Below, in pieces: positions 62,203 to 64,000 of a stretch of 64,000 nt of DNA. The DNA comes from the human T2T-CHM13v2.0 reference genome, Homo sapiens. The notes under the pieces are model-generated. The model saw only the letters and a list, made by a program, of their open reading frames with translations, was not told the origin of the DNA and searched no databases. Both the position numbers and the translations under genes were made by a program. Each line of letters starts with the position of its first letter. Position 1 is the stretch's first letter. Where the stretch lies: the NCBI RefSeq assembly GCF_009914755.1, contig NC_060938.1; one strand, written 5' to 3'.

Positions 62203-63284
62203 TATTGGGGGAACCAGCCCCCAATATTTTAACGTAAGTGCTTTCTATTTTCCCTAAGTGTTGGCTGGTCTGATAAATAAAGAGAAAGAGTACAGAGAGG
62301 AATTTCACAGCTGGGCCTCTGGGGGTGACATCATGTATTGGTGGGACCATCATGATGACCCCAAGATGCAAAACCAGCAAGTTTTACTAGGGATTTTAAA
62401 AGGGGAGGGGGTGTATGAACAGGGAGTAGGTCACAAGGATCACATGCTTCAAAGGGCCATAAAGATCACAAGGCAAAGGCAAAATTAGAATTACTGATGA
62501 GGATCTATGTCCAGCTGTGCACGTATTGTTTTCATAAACATCTTGACAGGAAACAGGGTTCGAGAGCAGAGAACCGGTCTGACTAGAATTTACCAGGGTG
62601 GAATTTCCCAATCCCAGTAAGCCTGAGGGTACTGCAGGAGACCAGGGCATATTTCAGTCCTTATCTCAACCGCATAAGACAGACACTCCCAGAGCAGCCG
62701 TCTATAGACCTCCCCTCAGGAATGTATTCCTTTTCCAGGGTTATTCCTTGCTGGGAAAAGAATTCAGTGATATCTCTTCTACTTGCACATCCATTTATAG
62801 GCTTTCTGCAAGAAGAAAGATATGGCTCTATTCTGCCCAACCATGCAGGCAGTCAGACCTTATGGTTATCTTCCCTGAAAATCGCTGTTATTCTGTTCTT
62901 TTTAGGGGTGCACTGATTTCATATTGTTCAAACACACATGTTTTACAATCAGATTTCATATTGTTCAAACACACATATTCTACAATCAATTTGTACAATA
63001 GTGGTCCTGAGGTGACATACATTCTCAGCTTACGAAGATAACAGGATTAAGAGATTAAAGTAAAGACAGGCATAAGAAATTATAAGAGCATTATTAGGGA
63101 AGTGATAAATGTCCATGAAATACTCACAATTTATGTTCCAAGATTGCAGTAAAGACAGGCATAAGAAATTATAAAAGTATTAATTTTGGAAACTGATAAA
63201 TGTCCATGAAATCTTCACAATTTATGTTCTTCTGCCAGGGCTTCAGCCGGTCCCTCCATTCGGGATCCCTGACTTCCTGCAACA
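62203..63284 (-). mobile_element. MER11 solo LTR (HERV-K11/HML-8)
   Basis: Minus-strand start TGTTGCAGGAAGTCAGGGATCCCGAATGGAGGGACCGGCTGAAG; perfect 6-bp TSD actaga (62197-62202 / 63285-63290); about 1.08 kb. Confidence 0.92.
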
Positions 63285-63559
63285 ACTAGAAGAAAAGACA
63301 CAGGAAGTCATTATATTTTTGAAGTGGGAAAGGCTTACTGAAGCAAGACACAAAGAACAGAACCTGTAAAGGAAACTTGTGACATCATAAAGTATTTAAA
63401 TATCTGCAAGATTAAAATGTATATATTATATATATATATATATATACACACACATTTTAATCACACATACAGGTATATGGATATAAAGATCTCAATATTG
63501 AGACACACAGAATCTCACACACACACACTATGTAAGTCATAGTTTTTTTTACTTTATTT

Positions 63560-64000
63560 TTAGACAATGTTTTCCTAACAGTGCTCTGGATTTGATCTTT
63601 GCCTGGAAGCTATTTCTGAATTTGAAAATTGTTTGCCATTTGGATAATCTGGGAATGAAAAACGGTTTTATTTTGAAATCAGCAAATTTTGGCTCTTTTA
63701 TATTCAACCATCTGTTCATTAGCTAATCTCTCTCTTCATTTTATTATATGCAAATAGAAGAAGCCAGGTGGCACTTTCAATACTTTGCCTGAAATCTCTT
63801 TAGCCAGATATCCAGTTCATTAAGCACATTTTCTATTTTCTATGCTACCACAGGCCACAACATTGCTAAACTTTCTGCCAGGAAGTAACAACGGATTTCT
63901 TTTCTCTAATTTCCAATCACATTTTTCTCACTTTTTATTAGGTGCTCACCAAAAGCCTTTCAAGTCCCTTCAGCATTTTATCAATGATCTCAAGGTACTT
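63560..64000 (-). mobile_element. MaLR (MLT1) internal region fragment
   Basis: gaagaagccaggtggcactttcaatactttgcctgaaatctc...tccagttcatta resembles antisense MLT1-int. Confidence 0.5.

Noticed and set aside
62915-63229. Internal direct repeats in the 62-63 kb LTR
   Set aside because: As I recall these are intrinsic to MER11 consensus sequences, not locus-specific.

Overview
This is AT-rich, CpG-depleted, repeat-dense primate DNA, almost certainly human. It carries one real protein-coding gene: the intronless retrogene RPL10L (minus strand, 53908-54552, 214 aa), which from recall lies in a gene-poor region of chr14q21 near MDGA2. The rest is mostly transposon relics: L1, L2, MIR, Alu, MaLR/ERVL/ERV1 LTRs, a MER11 solo LTR and hAT MITEs. 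The other ORFs in the track are L1 or Alu fragments or chance. I see no prokaryote-style novel system. The most interesting signals are as follows. (1) The RPL10L upstream region appears to be a retro-copied RPL10 core promoter, with a duplicated CTCTATGG module and a TOP/TCT start decayed to a canonical Inr; the parent comparison is from memory. (2) Two locally templated insertions are flanked by long target duplications. (3) Three L1 insertions are 5'-inverted (twin-primed), and two of them break at the same L1 position. (4) One AluY has a GA-repeat tail. Repeat subfamily names and L1 consensus positions are from recall and need RepeatMasker/Dfam confirmation; boundaries of old repeats are approximate.
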